Assembly: GCA_963798845.1 (NCBI GenBank) | Contig: CAWCUS010000005.1 | Span: 14,684 to 78,683, forward strand | Length of the DNA: 64,000 bases | Direction of reading: 5' to 3' | Source: an uncultured Gemmatimonadales bacterium | Lineage (GTDB): Bacteria > Gemmatimonadota > Gemmatimonadetes > Longimicrobiales > RSA9 | Part shown: positions 9,526 through 18,699 of the stretch, in pieces | Layout of the letters: every line of letters begins with the position of its first letter | How positions within the stretch are numbered: the stretch's first letter is position 1 | Program-made: the position numbers and the translations under genes | The notes under the pieces: generated by a model | Database searches by the model: none | What the model saw: only the letters and a program-made list of their open reading frames with translations | Told to the model about the DNA's origin: nothing

Positions 9526-10175
9526 AGCGCCTGCGCTACGCAGTGATCGGGATGGTGGGGCGCTGGCTGGCGAACATCCTCCTGTTCACCGTGCGGTTCG
9601 AGACGGAGCATCGCGAGCGCTTCGACGGCGCCATGGCGGCCGGCGAGGGCGTGATCTTCGCCATCTGGCATGGTCGATTGCTGCCGTTGACGTACTACCA
9701 CCGGAAGCGGAACATCGCGGCGCTCATCAGCCGGTCCGGCGACGGCGAGTACATTTCGCGCTTGGTCCGGGGGTGGGGCTACGAGCCGGTGCGCGGCTCC
9801 TCGAGCCGCGGAGGCGACGAGGCGCTCCGTGTGCTCGTTCGACAGGCGCGGGAAGGCCGGGCGTTCGCCATCACGCCCGACGGCCCTCGGGGTCCCCGGC
9901 AGCAGCTGAAGCCGGGGGTGGTCCGCATCGCCCAGCTGTCCGGGGCGCCGATCCTCCCGATCGCCGCGGGTTGCCGGCGGGCGTGGTGGCCGGGACGGTG
10001 GGACAGATTCTGCGTACCCAAGCCGTTCGCGCGCGTCCGGGTGGTCTACGGCGAGCCGCGCTACGTTCCCCGGGACGCGGACGAAGGGACGTTCCAGCGG
10101 TGCATCGAAGAGCTGGAGCAGGACATGAACGCGATGATCGAGGAGCTCGACAGGGATGGCGGCCCCCAGCGGTAA
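9522..10175 (+). CDS. DUF374-type lysophospholipid-acyltransferase-like protein
   Basis: ATG 9522 (ATGA overlap with lpxB stop); the upstream part of track ORF 8760 is Arg/Pro-rich nonsense. 217 aa with N-terminal TM and motifs IWHGRLL, SRSGDGEYI, ITPDGPRGP, typical of the DUF374 family usually linked to waaA. Confidence 0.7.
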   Translation: MKRLRYAVIGMVGRWLANILLFTVRFETEHRERFDGAMAAGEGVIFAIWHGRLLPLTYYHRKRNIAALISRSGDGEYISRLVRGWGYEPVRGSSSRGGDEALRVLVRQAREGRAFAITPDGPRGPRQQLKPGVVRIAQLSGAPILPIAAGCRRAWWPGRWDRFCVPKPFARVRVVYGEPRYVPRDADEGTFQRCIEELEQDMNAMIEELDRDGGPQR

Positions 10176-11190
10176 GGGCGAGGACCGGCTCGGTCCGGCA
10201 GACGTGGTCCAGCGGCTCTGGGAAGGCCACGCCGGCTTCACAGGCCGGGTCCTCGGCGCGCTCCTGACGCCGGCGGAGCTGGGCTATCGCGCCGCAATGC
10301 GTGCGCGGAACGCCGCCTACGAGTCCGGCGTCGCCGGCGCGGATGCGCCGCCCGTCCCGGCCATCAGCGTGGGCAACATCACCGTGGGCGGGACCGGGAA
10401 GACGCCAATGGTGCGGTGGGTGGTGCGGCAGCTGGTCAAGCGCGGGATGTCGCCCGGAATCCTGCACGGCGGCTACGCGGAGGACGAGCCGCTACTGCAC
10501 CGGCTCTGGTTCCCGGAGCTGGCGGTGGTGGCCGACAAGGACCGTCTGCGCGGTGCGGGGAAGGCCATGCACATGGGCGCCAATGTCCTCGTCCTGGACG
10601 ATGCGTTCCAGCACCGTCGGATCGGGCGGGACCTCGACATCGTGCTGGTGGCCGCCGAGACCTGGACCCGTCATGCGCGGCTCCTGCCGCGGGGACCGTT
10701 CCGCGAGCCCCCGCGGGCGCTGCGGCGGGCCGACATCGTCGTGGTGACGCGGAGAACCGCTTCCGCGGCGGACGCGGCGCGGGTCGAAGTCGAGGTGTCG
10801 CGGGTGTCAGGTCGCCGTACGGCGAGGGTCCACCTGCGGGCCACCGGGTGGGTGGACGCGGCGGGCAGGCCGCGCGGAGGAGCGCCGGCGGGGGCGGCGG
10901 TCGCGGTGGCGGGAATCGGCCGCCCCGACGACTTTTTCGACCAGGCCGAGGAGCGGGGCACGGAGCTGGTGGACGCCATCGCGTTTCCGGACCACCACGC
11001 GTTCACCGAGGCGGAGGCGAGGGAGCTGGCGCGGCTCGCCGCGGGTGGACCGCTGGTCATGACGGCGAAGGACGCCGTGAAGCTGGCCCCGCTCCTGCCA
11101 TCGACCGACCTCTGGATACTGGAGCAGCGCGTGGCGTTCGAAAGCGGACGGGACTGGGTGCTCAGAGCCATCGACGAGGTGGTGTCGTGA
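10156..11190 (+). CDS. lpxK: Tetraacyldisaccharide 4'-kinase LpxK
   Basis: 344 aa with P-loop VGNITVGGTGKTP. Lipid A cluster context. Confidence 0.9.
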   Translation: MAAPSGKGEDRLGPADVVQRLWEGHAGFTGRVLGALLTPAELGYRAAMRARNAAYESGVAGADAPPVPAISVGNITVGGTGKTPMVRWVVRQLVKRGMSPGILHGGYAEDEPLLHRLWFPELAVVADKDRLRGAGKAMHMGANVLVLDDAFQHRRIGRDLDIVLVAAETWTRHARLLPRGPFREPPRALRRADIVVVTRRTASAADAARVEVEVSRVSGRRTARVHLRATGWVDAAGRPRGGAPAGAAVAVAGIGRPDDFFDQAEERGTELVDAIAFPDHHAFTEAEARELARLAAGGPLVMTAKDAVKLAPLLPSTDLWILEQRVAFESGRDWVLRAIDEVVS

Positions 11191-12758
11191 ACCGGCGCTC
11201 GACGGATGTCCTCGTGATCGGATCCGGGATCGCCGGGCTGACGTTCGCCCTCAAGCTGGCCGAGCACGCCGAGGTGCTGGTCGTCACCAAGAAGCGGCGA
11301 GCGGACTCCAACACCAATTACGCGCAAGGTGGGATCGCGGCCGTCATGAGTCCCGCGGACAGCTACGACCTCCACGTGCGCGACACGCTGGAAGCGGGCG
11401 CCGGGCTCTGCCACGAGGACGCGGTTCGCGAGCTGGTCCGGGAGGGACCGGACAGGGTGCGGGAGCTGATGGAGTGGGGCGCGCGCTTCACCCGCGAGGG
11501 CGGCGCACTCTCGCTCGGTCGCGAGGGCGGGCACTCCCGTCGGCGGATCGTGCACGCGGCGGACCTGACGGGGCGTGAGATCGAGCGGGCGCTGCTGGAC
11601 GCAGTGGCCCGCCACCCGTCCATCGACACGCTCGAGGACCATCTCGCGATCGACCTGCTCGTGAGCCACGGGAAGGGCCACCCGCGGTGCGCGGGCGCCG
11701 TGGTCTTCGATCACCGGCGCGGCGCGGTCATCGCCGTTCGGGCGAAACGGACGCTGCTGGCGAGCGGCGGGTTCGGCCGCGTGTACCTTCACACCACCAA
11801 TCCCGACATCGCCACGGGCGACGGTGTGGCCATGGCGTACCGCGCCGGCGCCCCCGTGGCCAACCTGGAGTTCGTGCAGTTCCACCCGACCGCGCTCTAC
11901 CCGGCCCGCGACCAGGCGGTCCTCATCTCCGAGGCCGTGCGGGGAGAGGGCGCAGTCCTGCGCACGCTCGACGGACGGGCCGTCATGGAGGGGCACCCGC
12001 TGGGGTCGCTGGCCACCCGCGACATCGTCGCTCGTGCCATAGACCGTGTGCTGAAGGAGACCGGCGCGCCGCACGTGTTCCTCGACCTGTCGCCGATCCC
12101 CGGGGATGAGGTCAGGCGCCGCTTCCCGAACATAATGGAAACGTGCGCGCAGCACGGCGTGGACGTTCTCTCGGAGCCGATTCCGGTCGTACCCGCGGCT
12201 CACTACGCGTGCGGCGGCGTGAGCACCGACCTGGACGGGCGCACGGGGCTGGACGGACTGCTCGCGGCCGGGGAGGTGGCGTGCACGGGCGTTCACGGCG
12301 CCAACAGGCTGGCGTCGAACTCGCTGCTCGAAGCCGTGGTGTTCAGCCACCGCGCGGCGCTGGTCGTGCGAGACGGTCTGTCCGCCCCGGCGCCCGACGC
12401 GCCGGTCCCCGAGCTGCCCGAGCCGGGCCAGGCGGAGCCCGACTGGCGCAGCCTGCAGGAGCGCCTGCGCTCGCTCATGTGGTCGGACTGCGGGATCGTG
12501 CGCAGCGATGAGCGCCTCGCCGGGGCGGAGGAGGCGCTCTCCGCTCTCAGCGCGGACGCGCGAGCGCTCTGGACCGAGGGGCCGCTCGACACGGATGTCG
12601 CCGAGACGCGCAACCTGCTGGACGTCGCCACGCTGGTGACGCGGAGCGCGCGCGGGCGCAAGGAGAGCCGGGGGCTGCATCACAACGTGGACCATCCCGA
12701 GCCGCTCGAGCGCTTCAGGACGGACACGGTGCTGTGCCGGGAGCCCGGGGAGGACTGA
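11187..12758 (+). CDS. nadB: L-aspartate oxidase NadB
   Basis: GTG 11187 (GTGA overlap with lpxK stop). FAD motif DVLVIGSGIAGL, NTNYAQGGIAA, HGANRLASNSLLE, ESRGLHHN. Confidence 0.92.
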   Translation: MNRRSTDVLVIGSGIAGLTFALKLAEHAEVLVVTKKRRADSNTNYAQGGIAAVMSPADSYDLHVRDTLEAGAGLCHEDAVRELVREGPDRVRELMEWGARFTREGGALSLGREGGHSRRRIVHAADLTGREIERALLDAVARHPSIDTLEDHLAIDLLVSHGKGHPRCAGAVVFDHRRGAVIAVRAKRTLLASGGFGRVYLHTTNPDIATGDGVAMAYRAGAPVANLEFVQFHPTALYPARDQAVLISEAVRGEGAVLRTLDGRAVMEGHPLGSLATRDIVARAIDRVLKETGAPHVFLDLSPIPGDEVRRRFPNIMETCAQHGVDVLSEPIPVVPAAHYACGGVSTDLDGRTGLDGLLAAGEVACTGVHGANRLASNSLLEAVVFSHRAALVVRDGLSAPAPDAPVPELPEPGQAEPDWRSLQERLRSLMWSDCGIVRSDERLAGAEEALSALSADARALWTEGPLDTDVAETRNLLDVATLVTRSARGRKESRGLHHNVDHPEPLERFRTDTVLCREPGED

Positions 12759-12806
12759 TGGAGGCCGTACCGACGCAGCACCGCACGCGCGGCATCCACG
12801 CCTGAC

Positions 12807-13283
12807 ATGGACCTCGTCCTGGTCACCGTCGGCCGCCCGTCGTCGCTACTCGCAGACCCCATCGCCGAGTACGAAGCGCGCGCGCGCCGGTACTGGAAGC
12901 TCGACACCGTCGAAGTGAAGGCCGCCCGCGCATCCAGGAACCGGCCCGTGGCCCAGGTCCGCCGGGAGGAGAGCGAGCGGATCCGCGGCGCAGTGGGTGC
13001 CGGGCACGACGCGGTGGTCCTCACGCGCAGCGGACGGCGCTGGAGCTCCGAGCAGGTCGCACGCTACCTCCAGGACCTGGCCCTCTCCGGACACGCCGGC
13101 GCCACGTTCATCATCGGCGGGGCCTACGGCGTCGACGACGAGCTGGCTCGCGACGCGCGACACCGCCTCTCCCTCTCCGCCATGACCATGCCGCACGACC
13201 TGGCGCGCCTCGTGCTCGCCGAACAGCTCTACCGGGCCGGCACCATCGCCCGTGGCGAGCCCTATCACAAGGGACAGCCGTGA
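12807..13283 (+). CDS. rlmH: 23S rRNA (pseudouridine1915-N3)-methyltransferase RlmH
   Basis: 158-aa SPOUT fold with FIIGGAYG, LSLSAMTMPHDLARLVLAEQLYRA, GEPYHK. Confidence 0.9.
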   Translation: MDLVLVTVGRPSSLLADPIAEYEARARRYWKLDTVEVKAARASRNRPVAQVRREESERIRGAVGAGHDAVVLTRSGRRWSSEQVARYLQDLALSGHAGATFIIGGAYGVDDELARDARHRLSLSAMTMPHDLARLVLAEQLYRAGTIARGEPYHKGQP

Positions 13284-14923
13284 ACCTCGACATCCGAACC
13301 GCGATCGTGGGAGGCAACCGGCTCGTGGACGACTACGTCCGCGCCGAGCCGGCCCTTGCCCCCTTCTTTCCGGGCCACCCGTTCGATCCCGGAGCATACC
13401 GCCGCAAGGCCGGGGAAGTGCGCGCACGACTGCGCGGCGGCGCCCTGCACCGGGCCGTCGACGCGGTCCGACCCTCGGGCGACGCGGCGGCCGAGAAGCT
13501 GCGCGCGATCGCAGGAGGGAACGGCTTCTTCGTCACCACCGGTCAGCAGCCGGGGCTTTTCACCGGCCCGCTCTACACCATCCACAAGGCCCTGTCCGCA
13601 TTGGCGCTGGCGCATCGCCTGGAATCCATCCTCGACGAGCCCGTGCTCCCGCTCTTCTGGATCGCTTCCGACGACCACGATTGGGAAGAAGCCAGCCATA
13701 CCTCTCTGCTGGACACCGGGAACACGCTCCACCGGCTCGAGCTCACCCGTCCGCCTGGCGACGCGCAGCACTCGATGGGTCGCACGCCGCTGCGGGTCTC
13801 CGGCCATGGAAGCATCGCAGAAAGAGCATTAGACGAACTTGGTGAAATTCTACCACCATCAGAGTTTACGCCGCCGATAATGGAGCGGCTTCGGGACGCG
13901 TACGGGCAGGGCTCTGTGGCCGATGCATTCGCGCGCGCGCTGGAGGGCGTGCTCGAAAGCTTCACACTCGGGTTCGTGGATTCGCGGGATCCGCTGCTGC
14001 GCGAGCTGGCGCGGCCGGTGGTGCGGCGCGAGCTGGAGGGTGCGACCGAGCACGAAGGGGCGCTGCGGCGGCAGACGGAGCGGCTGGAGGCGGCCGGGTA
14101 CGGGATCCAGGTGCCGATCCTGGCCGGCGCGGCGAACGTGTTCGTGGAGGACGACGATCACGGGCGCGAGCGGCTGGTGCGGGAGGACGGAGCGTGGGTG
14201 CTGCGTCGCTCGCGGCGGCGGCTGGAAGACGCGGCGCTCACGGCGCTCCTCGAGCGGGAGCCGGAGCGCTTCTCGCCGAACGTCGTGCTGAGGCCGGTCG
14301 TGGAGAGCGCGGTATTCCCGACGCTGGCGTACGTGGGCGGGCCGGGGGAGGTGCGGTACCTGGCGCAGACGGGGTGTCTTTTCGCGGCGCACGGCGTGGG
14401 CATGCCGGTGGTTTTCCCGCGATTCGGGGTGACGCTGGTGGAGGGTAAGGTGGGGAAGGTGCTGGAGCGGTTCGAGCTGGAGCCGTCGTCGTTCGGGCGT
14501 CCGGTGCACGAGCTGGTGGCCGATGTGGTGCGCGAGGAGGTGCCGCCGTCGGTGCAGGAAGCGCTGTCGCGCCTGCGACGAAGCATCCAGGAGGGCTATG
14601 GTGCGGTGACCGGGGCGGCGAGCGAGATCGACCCGACGCTGGAGAGCCCGATCAAGCACGCCCGGGGCGAAGCGTTCAAGGGTGTGGCGGAAGTGGAGCG
14701 GAAGATCCGGCAGCACCTGAAGATGCGGCAGGAGAGCGAGCTGGAGCAGCTGGAGAAGGCGGCGGCGAATCTGGCGCCTACGGGCAAGCCGCAGGAGCGG
14801 GTGCTGAACATCCACCAGTACCTCTCGCGGTACGGTCCCGAACTGCTGCCGGCGATCCTGGACAGCATGCAGCTGCCGCACGACGCGCCGGCGCCGGAAT
14901 GGACGGGAGTCTCGTGTGACTGA
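13280..14923 (+). CDS. bshC: Bacillithiol biosynthesis cysteine-adding enzyme BshC (YllA family)
   Basis: 547 aa with GTGA overlap with rlmH stop. Family signature FFVTTGQQPGLFTGPLYTIHKA. Confidence 0.8.
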   Translation: MNLDIRTAIVGGNRLVDDYVRAEPALAPFFPGHPFDPGAYRRKAGEVRARLRGGALHRAVDAVRPSGDAAAEKLRAIAGGNGFFVTTGQQPGLFTGPLYTIHKALSALALAHRLESILDEPVLPLFWIASDDHDWEEASHTSLLDTGNTLHRLELTRPPGDAQHSMGRTPLRVSGHGSIAERALDELGEILPPSEFTPPIMERLRDAYGQGSVADAFARALEGVLESFTLGFVDSRDPLLRELARPVVRRELEGATEHEGALRRQTERLEAAGYGIQVPILAGAANVFVEDDDHGRERLVREDGAWVLRRSRRRLEDAALTALLEREPERFSPNVVLRPVVESAVFPTLAYVGGPGEVRYLAQTGCLFAAHGVGMPVVFPRFGVTLVEGKVGKVLERFELEPSSFGRPVHELVADVVREEVPPSVQEALSRLRRSIQEGYGAVTGAASEIDPTLESPIKHARGEAFKGVAEVERKIRQHLKMRQESELEQLEKAAANLAPTGKPQERVLNIHQYLSRYGPELLPAILDSMQLPHDAPAPEWTGVSCD

Positions 14924-14926
14924 GGA

Positions 14927-15226
14927 ATGGCGGCCGGGAGCGACGGAATCTATCATGGCGCCATGATCTGGGTCCTGCTGGTTCTCGTGCTCATGATCCC
15001 GCTCCTGGCGGTGGTGCTCGATTCGCAGCTCGGGCAGGCGCTGGCACGCCGCGTCGAGCGACGCTCGCTGGAGGATCCGCGGGTGGAGGCGCTGGAAGCG
15101 GAGGTGGATCGGCTGGTCGCGGAGGTGGAGCGCCTGGCGGAGCGCGCCGAGTTCGTGGATCGGCTCCTTACGGAGGAGGCCGAGCGACAGGAGCCGCGGC
15201 TGCCTCCGGGTGAGCCGCTTGGCTGA
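14927..15226 (+). CDS. Small membrane-anchored coiled-coil protein (PspB-like architecture)
   Basis: One TM helix (IWVLLVLVLMIPLLAVVL) followed by an E/R-rich helix (EALEAEVDRLVAEVERLAERAEF). True start may be ATG 14963. Overlaps murJ start by 17 nt. Confidence 0.4.
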   Translation: MAAGSDGIYHGAMIWVLLVLVLMIPLLAVVLDSQLGQALARRVERRSLEDPRVEALEAEVDRLVAEVERLAERAEFVDRLLTEEAERQEPRLPPGEPLG

Positions 15227-16799
15227 AGAGGGCGGGGAGCGGAAGCCCAACCGCTCGGCGCACTGGGTGGCGGCGGGCATTCTGCTCAGCCGGATCACGG
15301 GCCTGGTGCGGCAGCGGATCTTCGCGCGCTACTTCGGCACCAGCATCGCGGCGGACGCCTTCACGGCGGCCACGCGCATGCCGAACATCCTCCAGAACCT
15401 GCTGGGCGAGGGGACGCTGAGCGCGTCGTTCATCCCCGTCTACAGCGAACTCCTCGAGGCCGGTCGGGAAGAGGAGGCGGGGCGGGTGGCCGGCGCCGTT
15501 TTCGCGCTGCTGATGGCGCTGGCCGGCGTCGCCGCTCTGCTGGGCGTCCTCGCCGCGCCGCTGCTCGTGGACATCCTCACCACCGGCTTCACCGGGCTGC
15601 AGCGGGACCTGACCGTGACCTGTGTCCGGATCATCTTCCCGATGACGGGGATCCTGGTCCTGTCCGCCTGGGCGCTGGGCATCCTGAACAGCCACCGTCG
15701 CTTCTTCATCCCCTACGTCGCGCCGGTGCTGTGGAATGCGGCGATGATCGCGACCATGGTGCTGCTGGGCGGCCGCATGGACGCGGACCGCCTCGTGATC
15801 GCGCTGTCGTGGGGCGCGCTGCTGGGGGGGCTGCTGCAGTTCGGCATCCAGCTGCCGTTCGTGCTGAAGCTCGAGCGGCAGCTGCAGATCCGTTGGGACA
15901 CGCGGCTGCCGCGCGTGCGCACGGCCGTGGCGAACGCGGGCCCGGTCATCCTGGGCCGGGGCGTCGTCCAGCTGAGCGGCTATCTGGACATGTGGCTGGC
16001 CGCCTTCCTGGCGACGGGGTCCGTGGCCATCCTCCAGTACGGCCTCACACTGTACTACCTCCCGATCAGCCTCTTCGGGATGGCAGTCGCCGCGGCGGAG
16101 CTGCCGGAGCTCGCGCGCGAACGCGTGGGCGAGCGCGAAGTCATGCGACAGCGGGTGAACGCCGGGCTGCGCCAGATCGCGTTCTTCGTCGTCCCTGCCT
16201 TCGTCGGCTACCTGACGCTGGGCGACGTGGTCGTGGCGACGCTGTACCAGAACGGCGATTTCACTCCGGAAAACACACTTCAGGTGTACTTCACGCTCGG
16301 TGGCCTGACCCTTGGGCTGCTCGCGTCCACGGCCACCCGCCTCTTCTCCTCCACCTTCTACGGCCTCCAGGACACCCGAACGCCGGCCAAGATCGCCGCG
16401 CTCCGGGTGGTGGTGTCCGGCGTGCTCGGGGCGTCGCTCATGGTGCCGTTCTCCCGCGTCGAGGTGGCGCCCGGGGCCACGCTCGGCGTGGTCGGGCTGG
16501 CGCTGGGCGCGGCCGCGGGGGCGTGGGTCGAATGGTGGCTGCTCTGGCGCCGGCTCGTCCGGGAGCTGGACGGGCGCGTGGGGGCGGGGCGGGACCGGTT
16601 GCTCAGGATGTTCGGCGCGGCGCTGGCGGCCGCCGCGGTCGCGCGCGGCATTGGCTTCGTGCTCCCGCCGGTGAACGTGGTGCTACGCGGTGTCGCGGTC
16701 CTCGTGCCGTTCGTCGTGACCTACTTCGTGGTGGCGTCGGCCCTCGGCCTCCCCCAGGCGAAGCTGTGGATCCGGCGCGTGCTACGGCGGAACGGGTGA
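15210..16799 (+). CDS. murJ: Lipid II flippase MurJ (MviN)
   Basis: 529 aa, polytopic. LSRITGLVRQRIFARYFGTS..ADAF and PNILQNLLGEGTLSASFIPV are typical MurJ N-terminal motifs. Confidence 0.9.
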   Translation: MSRLAEEGGERKPNRSAHWVAAGILLSRITGLVRQRIFARYFGTSIAADAFTAATRMPNILQNLLGEGTLSASFIPVYSELLEAGREEEAGRVAGAVFALLMALAGVAALLGVLAAPLLVDILTTGFTGLQRDLTVTCVRIIFPMTGILVLSAWALGILNSHRRFFIPYVAPVLWNAAMIATMVLLGGRMDADRLVIALSWGALLGGLLQFGIQLPFVLKLERQLQIRWDTRLPRVRTAVANAGPVILGRGVVQLSGYLDMWLAAFLATGSVAILQYGLTLYYLPISLFGMAVAAAELPELARERVGEREVMRQRVNAGLRQIAFFVVPAFVGYLTLGDVVVATLYQNGDFTPENTLQVYFTLGGLTLGLLASTATRLFSSTFYGLQDTRTPAKIAALRVVVSGVLGASLMVPFSRVEVAPGATLGVVGLALGAAAGAWVEWWLLWRRLVRELDGRVGAGRDRLLRMFGAALAAAAVARGIGFVLPPVNVVLRGVAVLVPFVVTYFVVASALGLPQAKLWIRRVLRRNG

Positions 16800-16866
16800 G
16801 GGCGCGGGGGTAGTACGGAGGCGTGCGGGGCGAGTACGACGTGCAGGGCCGGACGGGGAGCTGGGC

Positions 16867-18699
16867 GTGAGCGATACGCTGGACAAGAAGCTGAAGCACC
16901 TGCCGACGCGGCCGGGCGTGTACCTCTTCAAGGACGCGCGCGGTGAGATCATCTACATCGGGAAGGCGAAGTCGCTGCGGTCGCGGGTGCGCGGGCACTT
17001 CTCGCACGACGCGGGCTACTCGGTGAAGCAGGAGGAGATGGTCCGGCGGATCCGCGACGTGGACACGATGGTGGTGGGCAGCGAGGCGGAGGCGCTCCTG
17101 CTGGAGTCGAACCTGATCAAGACGCACCAGCCACGCTTCAACATCCGGCTGAAGGACGACAAGCGGTATCCCTACATCAAGGTGACGGTACAGGAGCCGT
17201 TCCCTCGCGTGTTCGTGACGCGGCGGGTCGAGAACGACGGTTCGAAGTACTTCGGGCCGTACACCGAAGTCTCGGCCATGCGGCAGGCGCTGGAAGTGGT
17301 GAAGCGGGCATACACGGTGCGCAGCTGCCGCTACGACCTCCCGGTGGAGACGCCACAGCGGCCCTGCCTGGACTACCACATTGGCCGCTGCCAGGCGCCG
17401 TGCGTCGGCCTCCAGTCGCAGGAGGACTACCGCGCCATGATCAACGAGATCCTCCAGGTCCTGGGCGGCGATGTGTCGGGGGTGCGGGCGCGGGTGCGGT
17501 CGGAGCTCGGCCGGCGGGTGGAGGCGCTGGACTTCGAGCGCGCGGCAACGCTGCGCGACACGCTCACGGGGCTGGAGTCGATCGAGCGGCGGCAGCGAGC
17601 GTTCGACGTGCGGGGGGGCGACCAGGACGTGCTCGGGGTGGCCCGTGATGGGGACAACGCGAGCGCGGTGCTTCTGCGCATCCGGCAGGGAAAGCTGCTG
17701 GGGCGGGAGGTGGACCATTTCACGAACGTGGACGAGGAGGATGACGCGGCGCTGGTGGCGGCCGTAGCCATCCGCTTCTACCTGGGGCGAGGCGAGGTGG
17801 GCAGGGAGGATCTGCCGTCGGAAGTGCTGCTCCCGGCGGATTTCGCGGACCGCGAAGCGCTCGAGGAGCTGGTGGACGAGGCGGCGCCACGGCGCGTGCG
17901 GCTGCACGTGCCGCAGCGCGGGGAGAAGAAGCGGCTGGTGGAGCTGGCCGCGCAGAACGCGCGGCACCTGCTGGAGGAGCGCGTGGTGCTGGACGAGGCG
18001 GTGCGGGTCCGGGCGGATGACGCCCTGTACGAGCTCCAGGAGGCGCTCGAGCTGAAGGTGGTACCGCGCCTCATGGTCTGCTTCGACATCTCGCACACCC
18101 AGGGAAGCGAGGTGGTGGGGAGCGCGGTGGTGTTCGAAAACGGTGACCCCAAGAAGAGCGAATACCGGCACTTCCGGGTGCGCGGCGACTGGGGTAACGA
18201 CGATTTCCGCTCCATGCGTGAAGTGGTGAGCCGCTATTTCGCGCGGCGCCTCGAGGAGGAGCTGCCTCTGCCGGAGCTGGCCGTGATCGACGGCGGCAAG
18301 GGGCAGCTCTCGTCCGCGCGCTCGGCGCTGGCGGACGTGGGCGGCGACGACGTCGCCGTGTGCGCGCTGGCGAAGCGGGAGGAGGAGGTCTACCTGCCGG
18401 ACCGCCGCGACCCCGTGCACCTGCCGCGCTCGCATCCCGGGCTGCGGCTGCTCCAGCGTATTCGGAACGAAGCGCACCGGTTCGCCATCGGATACAACCG
18501 CACGCTGCGCGGGAAGCGCACGCTCTCCAGCGAGCTGGCGGATATCCCGGGGATCGGACCGAAGCGCCAGCGGCTGCTCCTGAGCCGGTTCGGCAGCGTG
18601 CGCGCGCTCAGGCAGGCGTCGCCGGAGGACGTCGCGGCCGTGCCGGGCTTCTCCGAGAAGGCCGCGCGCCGAATCCTCGAGCACCTGGGCGGCTCGTGA
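16867..18699 (+). CDS. uvrC: Excinuclease ABC subunit C
   Basis: 610 aa. GIY-YIG module (PGVYLFKD..GEIIYIGKAKSLRSRV), central UvrC domains, C-terminal HhH (IPGIGPKRQRLLLSRFGS). Confidence 0.95.
   Translation: MSDTLDKKLKHLPTRPGVYLFKDARGEIIYIGKAKSLRSRVRGHFSHDAGYSVKQEEMVRRIRDVDTMVVGSEAEALLLESNLIKTHQPRFNIRLKDDKRYPYIKVTVQEPFPRVFVTRRVENDGSKYFGPYTEVSAMRQALEVVKRAYTVRSCRYDLPVETPQRPCLDYHIGRCQAPCVGLQSQEDYRAMINEILQVLGGDVSGVRARVRSELGRRVEALDFERAATLRDTLTGLESIERRQRAFDVRGGDQDVLGVARDGDNASAVLLRIRQGKLLGREVDHFTNVDEEDDAALVAAVAIRFYLGRGEVGREDLPSEVLLPADFADREALEELVDEAAPRRVRLHVPQRGEKKRLVELAAQNARHLLEERVVLDEAVRVRADDALYELQEALELKVVPRLMVCFDISHTQGSEVVGSAVVFENGDPKKSEYRHFRVRGDWGNDDFRSMREVVSRYFARRLEEELPLPELAVIDGGKGQLSSARSALADVGGDDVAVCALAKREEEVYLPDRRDPVHLPRSHPGLRLLQRIRNEAHRFAIGYNRTLRGKRTLSSELADIPGIGPKRQRLLLSRFGSVRALRQASPEDVAAVPGFSEKAARRILEHLGGS

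Noticed and set aside
13808-13867. Sigma70-type internal promoter within the bshC AT-rich patch (TTAGAC-N16-TACCAC)
   Set aside because: The -10 match is poor (3/6) and no comparable element is shared with the plsY and dpm patches. I keep the patch as an unexplained codon-bias anomaly rather than calling a promoter.
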